Below, one piece after another: positions 25,697-35,492 of a DNA stretch of 64,000 bases. The stretch covers positions 12,419-76,418 of the forward strand of contig CAKQWE010000003.1 in assembly GCA_934277975.1 (NCBI GenBank), given 5' to 3'. The notes under the pieces are model-generated. The model was not told where the DNA came from and searched no databases. It saw only the letters and a list, made by a program, of their open reading frames with translations. The position numbers and the translations under genes are program-made. Source of the stretch: an uncultured Spirochaetales bacterium. Lineage in GTDB: Bacteria; Spirochaetota; Spirochaetia; Sphaerochaetales; Sphaerochaetaceae. Each line of letters opens with the position of its first letter. Position 1 is the first letter of the stretch.

Positions 25697-26635
25697 ATGA
25701 AAAAAGGCATCCGTTCATCATTTCTGATTGTAATGGCTTCGTTCGTCCTTGTATTGGCATCGTGTGCACACACGACACCATTTAAGGACAGGATGTACAT
25801 ACAGTCGTTTGGAACGGATGGACAGCTTGTCCTCACTGTCAATGCACAAAGCTTTGACGTAGAAGGATTTGCATCTGAGAACGATGTGGCTTTGGATTCT
25901 CAGGTGCAGTATATTGCAGATAGGATGACAAGGCTCTCACTCGTCCTTTTCGATAGGTCGGGGGAGTACAACGACTATCCTGCAGACTACCGCACCCTTG
26001 ATTTCGATGGGGCTATAGAGGGAAACTACTCGAAGGCCCTTCTCAATGCGGCACTCAAGCTTGGCGGAGCCTTGACCGAACAGAAAGGTGAAAGCGGCCT
26101 TAGGTTCTTCACCGACGAGCAGTCTGGAATCCAGGCTGCCGTTCCAAAGAACGGTGTCATCCTTTTTTCCTCAAGCGACGTCGAGGCAAACTACGGGAAG
26201 GCTTTTGGAGCCGGGGCTTCAGGCAATGGCCCTGACAAGGTGATATCCGACGAGAAGGCCCAGAAGCTTGCCTCCAGCATGTTTGGAGTATATGTCTCCA
26301 ATCCAAAGACGATGCTTGACATTGGACTTGACGTTCCAAAGAGCGCCTTGGAGAACATAGAATACATTCTGATCATGATTGATACGGAGACGCTTTCAGT
26401 GGACTTCAAGCTCAAGAGCGAGTCCTTGGCAAAAAGCTTCTCGGTGATAGTGAAGGCCTCCTATGTTGGAGACCTCAGAAGAGAGGGTCTTGCGATAGAC
26501 TTCGAACAGCTTAAGAGTCAGTTCGTCCAGGAGCTCGATATGGTGTACATAAGGGATCTTGGACTTACGGACCAGCAGCGCGATGCCGTCAAGGCTGTGG
26601 CATTGCAGCTTCTTGACGTATTCAAGGGGATTTGA
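25697..26635 (+). CDS. lipoprotein, function unknown
   Basis: Signal peptide with lipobox: MKKGIRSSFLIVMASFVLVLASC. Confidence 0.65.
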   Translation: MKKGIRSSFLIVMASFVLVLASCAHTTPFKDRMYIQSFGTDGQLVLTVNAQSFDVEGFASENDVALDSQVQYIADRMTRLSLVLFDRSGEYNDYPADYRTLDFDGAIEGNYSKALLNAALKLGGALTEQKGESGLRFFTDEQSGIQAAVPKNGVILFSSSDVEANYGKAFGAGASGNGPDKVISDEKAQKLASSMFGVYVSNPKTMLDIGLDVPKSALENIEYILIMIDTETLSVDFKLKSESLAKSFSVIVKASYVGDLRREGLAIDFEQLKSQFVQELDMVYIRDLGLTDQQRDAVKAVALQLLDVFKGI

Positions 26636-26636
26636 A

Positions 26637-27653
26637 ATGAAAAGGATACTAACAGGTGATAGGACCACAGGAAGGCTTCATCTTGGGCACTTCGTGGGTT
26701 CCCTTCAGAGCAGGGTCGCGCTTCAGAACGACTACGACACGTTCATTCTGCTTGCAGACGTCCAGGCGCTTACAACTCACTTCCAGAACCCTGAGCTCAT
26801 TAACGACAGCATATATCAGGTTGCAATGGACAACCTTGCCGTTGGACTCGATCCTGAGAAGATAACGCTTGTGCAGCAGTCCCAGATTACCGCAATAGCG
26901 GAGCTTACGGTCTTCTATTCCATGATCACGACCGTGAACCACCTTCTTATCAACCCAACGATAAAGAGCGAATCAAGGAACTATGGCTTTGGCGAGAACG
27001 ATGGAGATTTCCAGTACGATTTCTCAAAGCTCACATACGGCTTTCTTGGCTATCCTGTATCACAGACTGCAGACATCACGTTCTGCAATGCAGACTTGGT
27101 TCCTGTTGGAGAGGACCAGCTTCCCCATATAGAGTTCTCCAGAAAGCTTGTGCGTCGTTTCAACGAGATGTACGGCACTAGCATAACGGAGCCTCAGGCC
27201 AAGCTTTCCTCTACTGGAAGGCTCTGCGGCCTTGATGGGAACGCCAAGATGGGAAAGAGCCTTGGAAATGCAATATACCTTTCAGACGATGCCAAGACGG
27301 TCTCCCAAAAGGTGATGCAGGCTGTGACGGACACCAACAGGATAAGCGTGAAGATTCCTGGAAACCCAGATGTCTGCACCATCTTCACCTATCATAAGAC
27401 GTTCAATCCAGACGAAGCCGGCAACGTGTGCTCCATGTGCAGAAACGCCCAGATTGGATGCGTTGCGTGCAAGAGGATGCTCTCTGAGAAGCTCAATGCA
27501 ATCATGGATCCAATACGTGAGAAGAGGGCCTTCTACGAAAGCCATAGATCTGATGTGAAGGACCTCATCGTATCAGGTACGGCAAAGGCCAATTCAATTG
27601 GAAACGAGATGATCGCAGACGTAAAGGACCACATGCATGTGGTTTTGAAATAG
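26637..27653 (+). CDS. trpS: tryptophan--tRNA ligase
   Basis: MKRILTGDRTTGRLHLGHFVGSL (HIGH-type) and KMGKS motifs. I moved the start to the ATG at 26637, directly after the upstream stop at 26633-26635. Confidence 0.9.
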   Translation: MKRILTGDRTTGRLHLGHFVGSLQSRVALQNDYDTFILLADVQALTTHFQNPELINDSIYQVAMDNLAVGLDPEKITLVQQSQITAIAELTVFYSMITTVNHLLINPTIKSESRNYGFGENDGDFQYDFSKLTYGFLGYPVSQTADITFCNADLVPVGEDQLPHIEFSRKLVRRFNEMYGTSITEPQAKLSSTGRLCGLDGNAKMGKSLGNAIYLSDDAKTVSQKVMQAVTDTNRISVKIPGNPDVCTIFTYHKTFNPDEAGNVCSMCRNAQIGCVACKRMLSEKLNAIMDPIREKRAFYESHRSDVKDLIVSGTAKANSIGNEMIADVKDHMHVVLK

Positions 27654-27664
27654 GCGGGTTCTCC

Positions 27665-28675
27665 ATGACAGATGGAAGGACTTCAGTTGGCATTCTGGGT
27701 GCAGGTACCTGGGGCATGGCGTTGGCCAGGCTCCTTGCCAATTCCGGCAAGGATGTCGTTGTGTGGTCCGCATTGGAAAGCGAGATAGAGGAGCTTTCAA
27801 GGACGAACTCCTATGCTCGTCTTCCACAAATGAAGCTTCCGGAATGCGGAATAGAGTATACGACTTCGATCGAACATGCTTGCGAAGGCAAGGATATAGT
27901 GCTGTTCGCAGTGCCATCGGTCTATGTAAGGGAGACTGCTCGCGAGGCCGCACCTTTCGTGCCAAGTGGGCAGATCGTGGTGGATGTGGCCAAGGGGATC
28001 GAGGACAGGACCTTCAAGACCCTATCTGAGGTTCTGTGCGATGAGCTTGGAGACGATGTGAAGGTCGTCGTGCTGTCAGGCCCCACCCATGCGGAGGAGG
28101 TTGCGGTCGACCTGCCAACGACGATAATGGCGGCCTCCAAGGACCAGGATGCGGCGGACTTCGTGAAACGGGTCTTCTCCACGGGTTGCATGAAGGTCTA
28201 TACAAGCACTGATGTGAGAGGCACTGAGATTTGCGGTGCAATAAAGAACATCTTTGCGCTGGCTGCGGGGATATCGGACGGGCTTGGATTTGGAGACAAC
28301 GCCAAGGCTGCCATAATGACGCTTGGCATCCATGAAATGAACAACCTTGGAAGACATCTTGGATGCCAACCTGAGACGTTCTTTGGTCTTGCAGGTCTTG
28401 GAGACCTCATAGTCACGTGCATGAGCCCCCATAGCCGCAACAACAGGTGTGGTCGCCTCATAGGGCAGGGAGTCCCGGTCGATGAAGCTGTGAAGCGAAT
28501 TGGAATGGTTGTGGAGGGCATAAACGCACTTACCCCCGTAGTAAGGATGGCCAAGAAGTACGATTTGGACATGCCAATGGTGCTGTTGCTGTTCAAGATA
28601 ATCAAGGGTCAGATCACACCCCGCAAGGCTGTGGACATAATCTTTTCAGAAAACATGGACAACGAGCTGGATTGA
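27665..28675 (+). CDS. gpsA: NAD(P)H-dependent glycerol-3-phosphate dehydrogenase
   Basis: ILGAGTWGMALA Rossmann motif, GAIKNIFALAAG, 336 aa. Confidence 0.9.
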   Translation: MTDGRTSVGILGAGTWGMALARLLANSGKDVVVWSALESEIEELSRTNSYARLPQMKLPECGIEYTTSIEHACEGKDIVLFAVPSVYVRETAREAAPFVPSGQIVVDVAKGIEDRTFKTLSEVLCDELGDDVKVVVLSGPTHAEEVAVDLPTTIMAASKDQDAADFVKRVFSTGCMKVYTSTDVRGTEICGAIKNIFALAAGISDGLGFGDNAKAAIMTLGIHEMNNLGRHLGCQPETFFGLAGLGDLIVTCMSPHSRNNRCGRLIGQGVPVDEAVKRIGMVVEGINALTPVVRMAKKYDLDMPMVLLLFKIIKGQITPRKAVDIIFSENMDNELD

Positions 28676-28710
28676 GGCTCGTTGTTTTCGTTTTGGTGCA
28701 TTTTTCGCCG

Positions 28711-28827
28711 GCGGTTGTGGCGGTTGTGGCGGTTGTGGCGGTTGTGGCGGTTGTGGCGCTTGTGGCGCTTGTGGCGGTTGTGGCGCTTGTGGCGCTTGTG
28801 GCGCTTGAGACGGTTGTGGACGCTTGA
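28711..28827 (+). repeat. tandem array of 13 x 9 bp (GCGGTTGTG / GCGCTTGTG)
   Basis: Manual split: 5x gcggttgtg, 2x gcgcttgtg, gcggttgtg, 2x gcgcttgtg, gcgcttgag, acggttgtg, gacgcttga. It lies between the convergent stops of gpsA and thpR. Confidence 0.95.
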
Positions 28828-28856
28828 AATCTGTTGGATTTCAAACGGCTTTGCGC

Positions 28857-29429
28857 TTAGGTGAAGGGTACGAACGCCAGACTTTCGTAGATAGGCCCTG
28901 TTGGACGAAGGGTGCTTTTGTATAGGGTTACGCCGGAAATGGGGAACTGGATTGGATCCACTTCGATTGCGTCTAGCCTTATGCCTCGTGTGTCTATCCT
29001 TCTTCCCAACGTCATATGAGCCCTGAACTTCTTTGCATCGAAGTCTATGCCGCAGTCCCATGCAGCGCGGTAGGTCAGGGCCGCAAGCTCATCAAGCCTT
29101 GGTTCCTTTGCAGTCGAGCAGAACACTGTTGCGCTTTCAGGTTGGGCGAAGTACCCAAGACGGCATAGAGTGAGCTGGAAAGGGGAGACTCCTTCAAGCT
29201 CTCCTTCAAGTACATCAATGAGTGTTTCCGCTTCGTCCTGTGTTATTTCACCAAGGAAAGCAAGTGTCATGTGGTATGACTGCGGGGTGCAGAACGAGCC
29301 GTGGCAGCCGCCTTTGAGGACGCATGAAAGCCTGGAAAGCTCAGTCCTTGCTGCTTCTGATACGTCCAAAGCCAGGAACGTCCTCATGGTCTGTGGTTCT
29401 TGAGTTTGAAATGATGGATTCCTACGCAT
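28857..29429 (-). CDS. thpR: RNA 2',3'-cyclic phosphodiesterase / 2'-5' RNA ligase family
   Basis: Two HxTx motifs (HMTLAFLGE and HMTLGR). The start could instead be the Met 14 codons downstream (MRTFLALDV). Confidence 0.8.
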   Translation of the reverse strand: MRRNPSFQTQEPQTMRTFLALDVSEAARTELSRLSCVLKGGCHGSFCTPQSYHMTLAFLGEITQDEAETLIDVLEGELEGVSPFQLTLCRLGYFAQPESATVFCSTAKEPRLDELAALTYRAAWDCGIDFDAKKFRAHMTLGRRIDTRGIRLDAIEVDPIQFPISGVTLYKSTLRPTGPIYESLAFVPFT

Positions 29430-29433
29430 AGTC

Positions 29434-30606
29434 CTATACGTTGTATCCTATTGGAAACTCCTCTACGGAGTCTATTGCCTTTGCAAGGAGCTCTTCTATG
29501 CCCATCTCCGTGTATGAGACCGTCTGTGCCTGCACATCAGGTCTTACCAAAGGATGCTTTGGGCTGAACACCACGCAGCAGTCGTCGTAGGGGAGGATGC
29601 TCGTCTCGTATGTCCCAATGGCACGTGCCGTGTCTATGATCTCTCCCTTGTCCATTGCCACAAGCGGGCGCAGAACCGGCAGCTCAGACATGCTGTTTGT
29701 GAAGCAAATGCTTTCAAGCGTCTGGGATGCAACCTGGCCCAGAGCCTCACCTGTGACGAGCACCTTGCAGTCGCGCTTTCTTGCAATGGCGTTTGCAACC
29801 TTCATCATGCAGGCGCGCATCATGAGGGTGTGCTCCTCCTCCTTTGAATGCTCCTTTATCCAAAGCTCGCACTCGGTGAAGTTGACCACGACAAGGTTCG
29901 TCCCCATGTTGTACGGGGCGATGAGACGTGCAAGGTCCTTGACCTTCTGGAGGGCCTGCTCTGAAGTATAGGGATAGGCGTGGAAGTAAAGGCAGTCTTG
30001 CTTGAGACCACGCTTTGCCATCCTCCATCCCGCAACAGGAGAGTCTATTCCTCCTGACAGCAGGAGAAGTCCCTTTCCAGCTGTTCCAACAGGAAGTCCG
30101 CCAGGTCCGTCTACAGGGGATGTGTACATGTAGACCTTGTCGCGGACCTCCACCATGAGCTCCTTCTGCGGCTTGTGGACATCAACCTTCATGGAAGGAT
30201 GGCGGTCCAGCACTATGCCTCCAAGGTTGGCCTCTATCTGGTAGCTGTTCATTGGAAACGACTTGTCTCCACGCCTTGCCTCGACCTTGAAGGTTCCGGT
30301 TCCATCTGCAAACGGCTCCTTTTCGATGAGGGTCTTTGCACAGCGGCACATCTCGTCCCAGTCCTTGCTGCACACAAGCGCCCTTGAGAAGCCCACGACC
30401 CCAAACGTCGTCTTGAGCGTCCTTTCTACATGTTCGTCAGGGCACGACGGGTCCACATAGAGGTAGAAACGCCCCTTTTCCCGTGTAAGGACGCTTCTGT
30501 ATGGGTGTATCTTGAGCTTAATGTTGTTCTTGAGCTTCTTCTCGAAGAAACCTCTGTTAAGCCCCTTGAGGCTTATCTCCCCAAGCTTTATGAGATAGAG
30601 GGCCAT
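29434..30606 (-). CDS. thiI: tRNA 4-thiouridine synthase ThiI
   Basis: MALYLIKLGEISLKG N-terminus, THUMP region, and PP-loop LLLSGGIDSPVA. I chose the start at 30606, with GGAGGGG upstream. The longer track ORF would overlap the upstream gene. Confidence 0.85.
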   Translation of the reverse strand: MALYLIKLGEISLKGLNRGFFEKKLKNNIKLKIHPYRSVLTREKGRFYLYVDPSCPDEHVERTLKTTFGVVGFSRALVCSKDWDEMCRCAKTLIEKEPFADGTGTFKVEARRGDKSFPMNSYQIEANLGGIVLDRHPSMKVDVHKPQKELMVEVRDKVYMYTSPVDGPGGLPVGTAGKGLLLLSGGIDSPVAGWRMAKRGLKQDCLYFHAYPYTSEQALQKVKDLARLIAPYNMGTNLVVVNFTECELWIKEHSKEEEHTLMMRACMMKVANAIARKRDCKVLVTGEALGQVASQTLESICFTNSMSELPVLRPLVAMDKGEIIDTARAIGTYETSILPYDDCCVVFSPKHPLVRPDVQAQTVSYTEMGIEELLAKAIDSVEEFPIGYNV

Positions 30607-30625
30607 CCCCTCCGTTTCGCTTTTC

Positions 30626-31780
30626 CTACCTTCCATATCCAAGCTCCTTGTAGGTCGTCCTGAGCGCCTCGCACAAAAGGTCCACATCCTCCTCTGTCGT
30701 GCCGCTTCCACAGGATATCCTTATGCTGGACCTCCTGTCCATAGGCTCCACGTTCATTCCAGCAAGCACACCCTCCGCCTTGCCCTTCGCATTGGACGAG
30801 CACGCACTTCCCGCAGACAGACAGAACCCCTTGTCTGCCATCACCCTAAGGAACACCTCAGACGGCACTGGCTTTACAGATGCACACACTATGTATGGGG
30901 AGAAATCCTTTCCCGTCCCGTTTTCCGGTGACAGCATCTTTAGACCGATGTCCTTGAGAGTTGTCTGAATTTTGTATCTAAATGCCAAAATTTGGTCGTG
31001 TCTTTCATCCAAAGAGGACAAAGCATCTTCAAGCGCCCTGTTCATTGCACATATCCCTGCAAGGTTCTCGGTCCCCGGTCTCAGACCTTTCTCCTGACCG
31101 CCGCCTCGTGAGAGTGCGGTTGTTGACGGGTTGCGGTTGTATAGGATTCCAACACCCCGTGGTCCGTTGAACTTGTGGGCGCTGAAAGCCGCAGAGTCCA
31201 GATCCTCCTCGTCAAGCCTGAACGGTATCTTTCCAAGAGCCTGGACCGCATCGCAGTGGAAGTGGATTGGACGTCCGTATTGTACAGACTTGCTTCTTAT
31301 GAGCTTTGCCATGGCCTTGGTGTCCTGGACCGTTCCCGTGACGTTGTTGACCTTCATGACGCACACCATCCTGACCCTTTCGTTCATTGCCTTGTCCAAG
31401 GTCTCAAGGGACAGGTATCCGTTGGGGCAGGGGAGGGCCGTGAACCTCCATCCTGCGGATTCGAGCGTCTTTCTCCACTCAAGGACCGCAGAGTGCTCTA
31501 TTGCCGTCGTGATGACCTCTCCCGGCGTTGGGCTTTTTAGAAGCGAAGCAAGCACTATGGAGTCGCTTTCAGTGCCTCCTGATGTGAAGAACACGTTCTG
31601 CATCTTCGTTCCAAGAAGAGATGCCGTCCTCCTCCTCTCCTGGTCAAGCCTTTGGCCTGCAGCAAGTCCAAGCGGGTGCGTGGATGAGGGGTTTCCTGTA
31701 TATTCCTGGGCGCAGCGCACATATTCGTCTATTGCGTTCTGGCTCATGGGGGATGTAGCCGTCCAATCAAAGTAATGCAT
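30626..31780 (-). CDS. cysteine desulfurase (NifS/IscS family), adjacent to thiI
   Basis: FSAHKFNGPRGVGILY PLP-lysine motif and SAGSACSS catalytic Cys loop. Confidence 0.85.
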   Translation of the reverse strand: MHYFDWTATSPMSQNAIDEYVRCAQEYTGNPSSTHPLGLAAGQRLDQERRRTASLLGTKMQNVFFTSGGTESDSIVLASLLKSPTPGEVITTAIEHSAVLEWRKTLESAGWRFTALPCPNGYLSLETLDKAMNERVRMVCVMKVNNVTGTVQDTKAMAKLIRSKSVQYGRPIHFHCDAVQALGKIPFRLDEEDLDSAAFSAHKFNGPRGVGILYNRNPSTTALSRGGGQEKGLRPGTENLAGICAMNRALEDALSSLDERHDQILAFRYKIQTTLKDIGLKMLSPENGTGKDFSPYIVCASVKPVPSEVFLRVMADKGFCLSAGSACSSNAKGKAEGVLAGMNVEPMDRRSSIRISCGSGTTEEDVDLLCEALRTTYKELGYGR

Positions 31781-31846
31781 GACAAGGATTATAGTTGAAA
31801 AGAAGGTAATGATAAAGTTGCAGGACCCTCAAATATGTCCAATGCA

Positions 31847-32890
31847 TCAGAACGACGGCATCATCACAAGCTTCTTTATGAGGTCGTCTGAAAGCTCCAT
31901 CTGCTTTATCTCCCCTTGGCCTGTGAGAAGCACGAACTTGACTACTTTCATGACGGCCTTCTTGTCCCTTTGCAGGTGGCGTCTGTAGTCCATCCAGTCG
32001 CTGCGGCTTATGCGGTACTTGGTGTCATAGCCGTAGAACTGTACAAGCTTCTCCACCCCTTGGGCGAAGTCTGCAGAGCAAAGGCCCATCTCAAGGCTTG
32101 CCTGCATTGCCCTGCATATACCCCAAGCCACGGCCTGTCCATGCGTCCACTGCAGCCTTGAAAGGCTTTCAAGTGCATGTGCAAAGGTATGTCCAAGGTT
32201 GAGTGCCGCTCTGATCCCAAGCCTGTCGTATGGATCCGGCTCCACGTATGAGCGTTTGACCTCAAGTGACATCCTCACAAGCTCTCCAAGCGTTTGGGTG
32301 TCCTTATCCAGAATCCTCTGCCTGGATGTGGCAAGCATGTTGAAAAGCCCGTCGTCCTTTGAAAGCAGACTGTGCTTTATAACCTCTGCAAGTCCACAGG
32401 AGAGGTCCTTGTTAGGAAGGGACTTGAGACAGTCTGCGCATATGAGGACCTCGTTTGCGGGGAAGAACGTCCCAATGAGGTTCTTGGTGTACCTGAAATC
32501 CACGCACGTCTTGCCTCCAATGGAGGCGTCCGTCATGGCTATGAGCGTCGTTGGTATGAGTACTACCCTGCATCCTCTCATGTAGATGGATGCTGCGAAC
32601 GCCGTTATGTCGCTCACGACTCCTCCTCCAAGGGCTATGAACGTACAGTCCCTGCCAAGGGAGTTCTCGACTGCAGTGCTTATTATCCTTTCCACCGACG
32701 CATAGTTCTTCGATCCCTCTCCGCTTTCCATGACCACGTTTGGAACGGGAAGAGGCCTAACCATCTTGGAAGTGTTTGTGTCGCAGACCCAAAGGGTGTT
32801 GCTGCCAAGGGCACCCACGTGATACGAAAGGTCCTTGAAGTCGGAGGCAACGAGAACTTTGGTTCCAAGACAAGTCAACATTTCCTGCAT
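31847..32890 (-). CDS. aroB: 3-dehydroquinate synthase
   Basis: GGGVVSDITAFAASIYMRGCRVVLIPTTLIAMTDASIGGKT. Confidence 0.9.
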   Translation of the reverse strand: MQEMLTCLGTKVLVASDFKDLSYHVGALGSNTLWVCDTNTSKMVRPLPVPNVVMESGEGSKNYASVERIISTAVENSLGRDCTFIALGGGVVSDITAFAASIYMRGCRVVLIPTTLIAMTDASIGGKTCVDFRYTKNLIGTFFPANEVLICADCLKSLPNKDLSCGLAEVIKHSLLSKDDGLFNMLATSRQRILDKDTQTLGELVRMSLEVKRSYVEPDPYDRLGIRAALNLGHTFAHALESLSRLQWTHGQAVAWGICRAMQASLEMGLCSADFAQGVEKLVQFYGYDTKYRISRSDWMDYRRHLQRDKKAVMKVVKFVLLTGQGEIKQMELSDDLIKKLVMMPSF

Positions 32891-32939
32891 GTCTATGTTG
32901 TACCATCATTGGACGTTTCAAATCAAGGAAGTCCCACCT

Positions 32940-35492
32940 TTAGTCGAGCATTCTCAGAATCCTGTTGTACGCCTTGTTGAAGTCCTTGCACTCAGGCCTT
33001 TCGTCGCCTGCTACAAGGAGGGAGTAGGCTGTATTGTTCAAGGCTTCCGTGAAGCTTGCGTTCACATGGAGGAACATGCTGTTTCTGTTGGCTAGGAGCT
33101 CTATGAATCCAAGACGGGATTTGTCCTTCATTGGGGACAGTTTCATGAGCTGTCCTAGGTATGGAACGAGGGACTTTAGGTTTTCAAGCGTGAACACGTC
33201 CTGACATGGTCTTTCCACAAGGCCGCTCTCCGTAAGGTCTAGCCTTCCGTTGAGCCCCACAAGTTCCTGAAGCTTTGCTCCAAGGCACACATAGCAGCCG
33301 TTGAAGAGGATTGTACCATAGACCCCCTTTGGATGCCTTGAGGCCTTTCTGTACGACGATGCAAGGCGCGGAAGATCCTTTGCAGGAACCACGACCACGG
33401 GTTTAGGCTTCTTCTTTCCAATGTCGATTACATCAAGCTCCAAGCCGTAGAGGTTGTAGGTCTTTGGCTTTTCGTCATTTCTGGACCTTGGCCTTTCGTC
33501 CCTTGAACCTTTCTCGTGTCCTTCCATGTCCCTTTGCATGCTTCTTATCTTGGACGACAGGGAAGGTGAGATCTCCTCAAGCCACTCCTTCCTGAGCGGC
33601 GACACCGTCCTTGCATACATCTTGGTCGTGAACACTATCTCGCCTGCAAGAAGGAACTGCGGTGCTGTTCTGAACCATGCGGAGCCAGGGTGTATGAACA
33701 CTTCGTTGGCCGTTATCGTTCTGTATTCGGACCCCCTTGCCTTGGTCTTCATGCACACGTACTGCACAAGGCCGGATCCCAGGCAAAGCATGAGTCTGTG
33801 CGTAAGCTCCTCATGTGTAAGCCCTGGCTTCTTCTCTGGAACAGGGATCCCTAGATCTCGTGTTATCTGTGCAAGCTGATCTGCGACATGAACAATCTCG
33901 TCCATGCTCTGCATGTCAAGGTAGCTGTTGCCACAGAAGACCTCGCGCTCTTCCTTTGTCTTTATTCCTAGATACCTCTTGTACAGCTTCTGGTAGCTCA
34001 GGAAGTCTCCGTATTCGTCGAAGAACGCCCTATGGGCGCTTCGAGCAAGATCCTCTTCACCCGGGGGAAGCAGGAAAGGTGTCTTGCATGAAAGGAAGCT
34101 CACTGCAATGAACACTGGCATGAGCATCTCAGGATGCTTGGAGATGGCTTCGTATATGCATCTTGAGTGTCGAGGAAGAAGAGGGTAGTGCACCATGACC
34201 TCTCCAATTCCGGTGAGGTGCCTGTCCTTGTCTATTGCCCCTATGAGGCGCAGGGTGTCTTCCCCGCTTCCGAGGGCATCGGGATCTGGCTTGGTTATGA
34301 ACGGGAAGTTCTCGAAGTCGTATATCCCAAGGTCCACCATCCTGAGAACGACTTCTGAAAGGTCCGTCCTTAGGATCTCCTCCTGCGTCCAGCGGGGACG
34401 GGATGCAAAGTCCTCTTTGGTGTAGAGCCTATAGCACGTGCCGTTGGATGTCCTGCCCGCACGTCCCTTGCGCTGCTCTGCAGAGGCCTTGCTCACGGGC
34501 CTTTGGACAAGGGCCGATGTGAAGTCCTTTTGGTTGTAGTAGTTTATCTTGGCATAGCCTGAGTCTATGACGACCTTTATGTTGTCTATCGTAAGGCTCG
34601 TCTCTGCTATGTTCGTGGCAAGGACCACCTTCATCTTCTCAGGTTTGGTCTTTTCGAACACCTGCTCCTGCTCCTCCTTGTTGAGCCGCCCATAAAGAGG
34701 GTATATCTGAAGGTGCCTCCTGTCGCATTGGGCGTACAATGCGTTCATGCATGTGACTATGGCAAGCTCGCCAGGGAGGAATACAAGCGTATCCTCGTTG
34801 TCCTTGTATCCGCTTGATCTGAAGCGCTTGAGAAGCTGGGTGACGATTTGGCATACGGCATAGGCCGTTTCGTCCACGTTGCCTGCATGTTGAAGGGGAA
34901 AGTACTTGACCTGTACGTCGTAGATGCGCGCCTTTATGCTTATGATGGGTGCAGGGGAGCCGTCCTTGGCTGTGAAGAACCTTGCGAACGAGGATGTGTT
35001 GATCGTTGCTGACGATATTATGACCCTAAGGTCGTCCCTGTGTTGGAGGATCTGCTTGAGAAGTCCAAGTATGAGGTCTATGTTGAGGCTCCTTTCGTGT
35101 GCCTCATCGACCATTATGACGCTGTAGCGCGAAAGGTATGGATCCGTCTTGAGCTCCTGCAAAAGCATTCCGTCCGTCAGTATCTTTATCTTTGTGTCTT
35201 CATCCGTAGTGTCGTGGAAGCGCATCTTGTAGCCGCAGTACGAAGGAGGAAGCCCCTTTGTCGAGATCTGCTGCTGGATGTAAGAGCACACTCCAACAGT
35301 GGCTATCCTCCTTGGCTGCGTTATGCCAATGAGGCCTTTCTCCGCAAAGCCCGCTTCGTTGAGTATAAGGGGTATCTGGGTGGTCTTGCCTGATCCCGTT
35401 GGGCTCTCCACCACGACTACTTGGTTCTGGGAGACTGCATCTAGTATCTCCTGTCTGTGCAGATAGACCGGAAGCGTCCTGGGGTCCGTCAT
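32940..35492 (-). CDS. DEAH-box ATP-dependent helicase (HrpA/HrpB family)
   Basis: ESPTGSGKTTQIP, VMVDEAHERS, SATI, QRKGRAGR motifs, 850 aa. Confidence 0.85.
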   Translation of the reverse strand: MTDPRTLPVYLHRQEILDAVSQNQVVVVESPTGSGKTTQIPLILNEAGFAEKGLIGITQPRRIATVGVCSYIQQQISTKGLPPSYCGYKMRFHDTTDEDTKIKILTDGMLLQELKTDPYLSRYSVIMVDEAHERSLNIDLILGLLKQILQHRDDLRVIISSATINTSSFARFFTAKDGSPAPIISIKARIYDVQVKYFPLQHAGNVDETAYAVCQIVTQLLKRFRSSGYKDNEDTLVFLPGELAIVTCMNALYAQCDRRHLQIYPLYGRLNKEEQEQVFEKTKPEKMKVVLATNIAETSLTIDNIKVVIDSGYAKINYYNQKDFTSALVQRPVSKASAEQRKGRAGRTSNGTCYRLYTKEDFASRPRWTQEEILRTDLSEVVLRMVDLGIYDFENFPFITKPDPDALGSGEDTLRLIGAIDKDRHLTGIGEVMVHYPLLPRHSRCIYEAISKHPEMLMPVFIAVSFLSCKTPFLLPPGEEDLARSAHRAFFDEYGDFLSYQKLYKRYLGIKTKEEREVFCGNSYLDMQSMDEIVHVADQLAQITRDLGIPVPEKKPGLTHEELTHRLMLCLGSGLVQYVCMKTKARGSEYRTITANEVFIHPGSAWFRTAPQFLLAGEIVFTTKMYARTVSPLRKEWLEEISPSLSSKIRSMQRDMEGHEKGSRDERPRSRNDEKPKTYNLYGLELDVIDIGKKKPKPVVVVPAKDLPRLASSYRKASRHPKGVYGTILFNGCYVCLGAKLQELVGLNGRLDLTESGLVERPCQDVFTLENLKSLVPYLGQLMKLSPMKDKSRLGFIELLANRNSMFLHVNASFTEALNNTAYSLLVAGDERPECKDFNKAYNRILRMLD

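Noticed and set aside
28711-28827. Possible CRISPR array.
   Set aside because: The units are contiguous 9 bp repeats with no spacers. That is far too short for CRISPR repeats, and there are no cas genes.
28609-29061. ORFs encoding (HNR/HKR)n (28609-29061, - strand) and (RLW)n (28682-28864, + strand).
   Set aside because: They are artefacts of the 9 bp tandem repeat, whose length is a multiple of 3. There is no ribosome-binding context. The - strand ORF also overlaps the real thpR gene out of frame.
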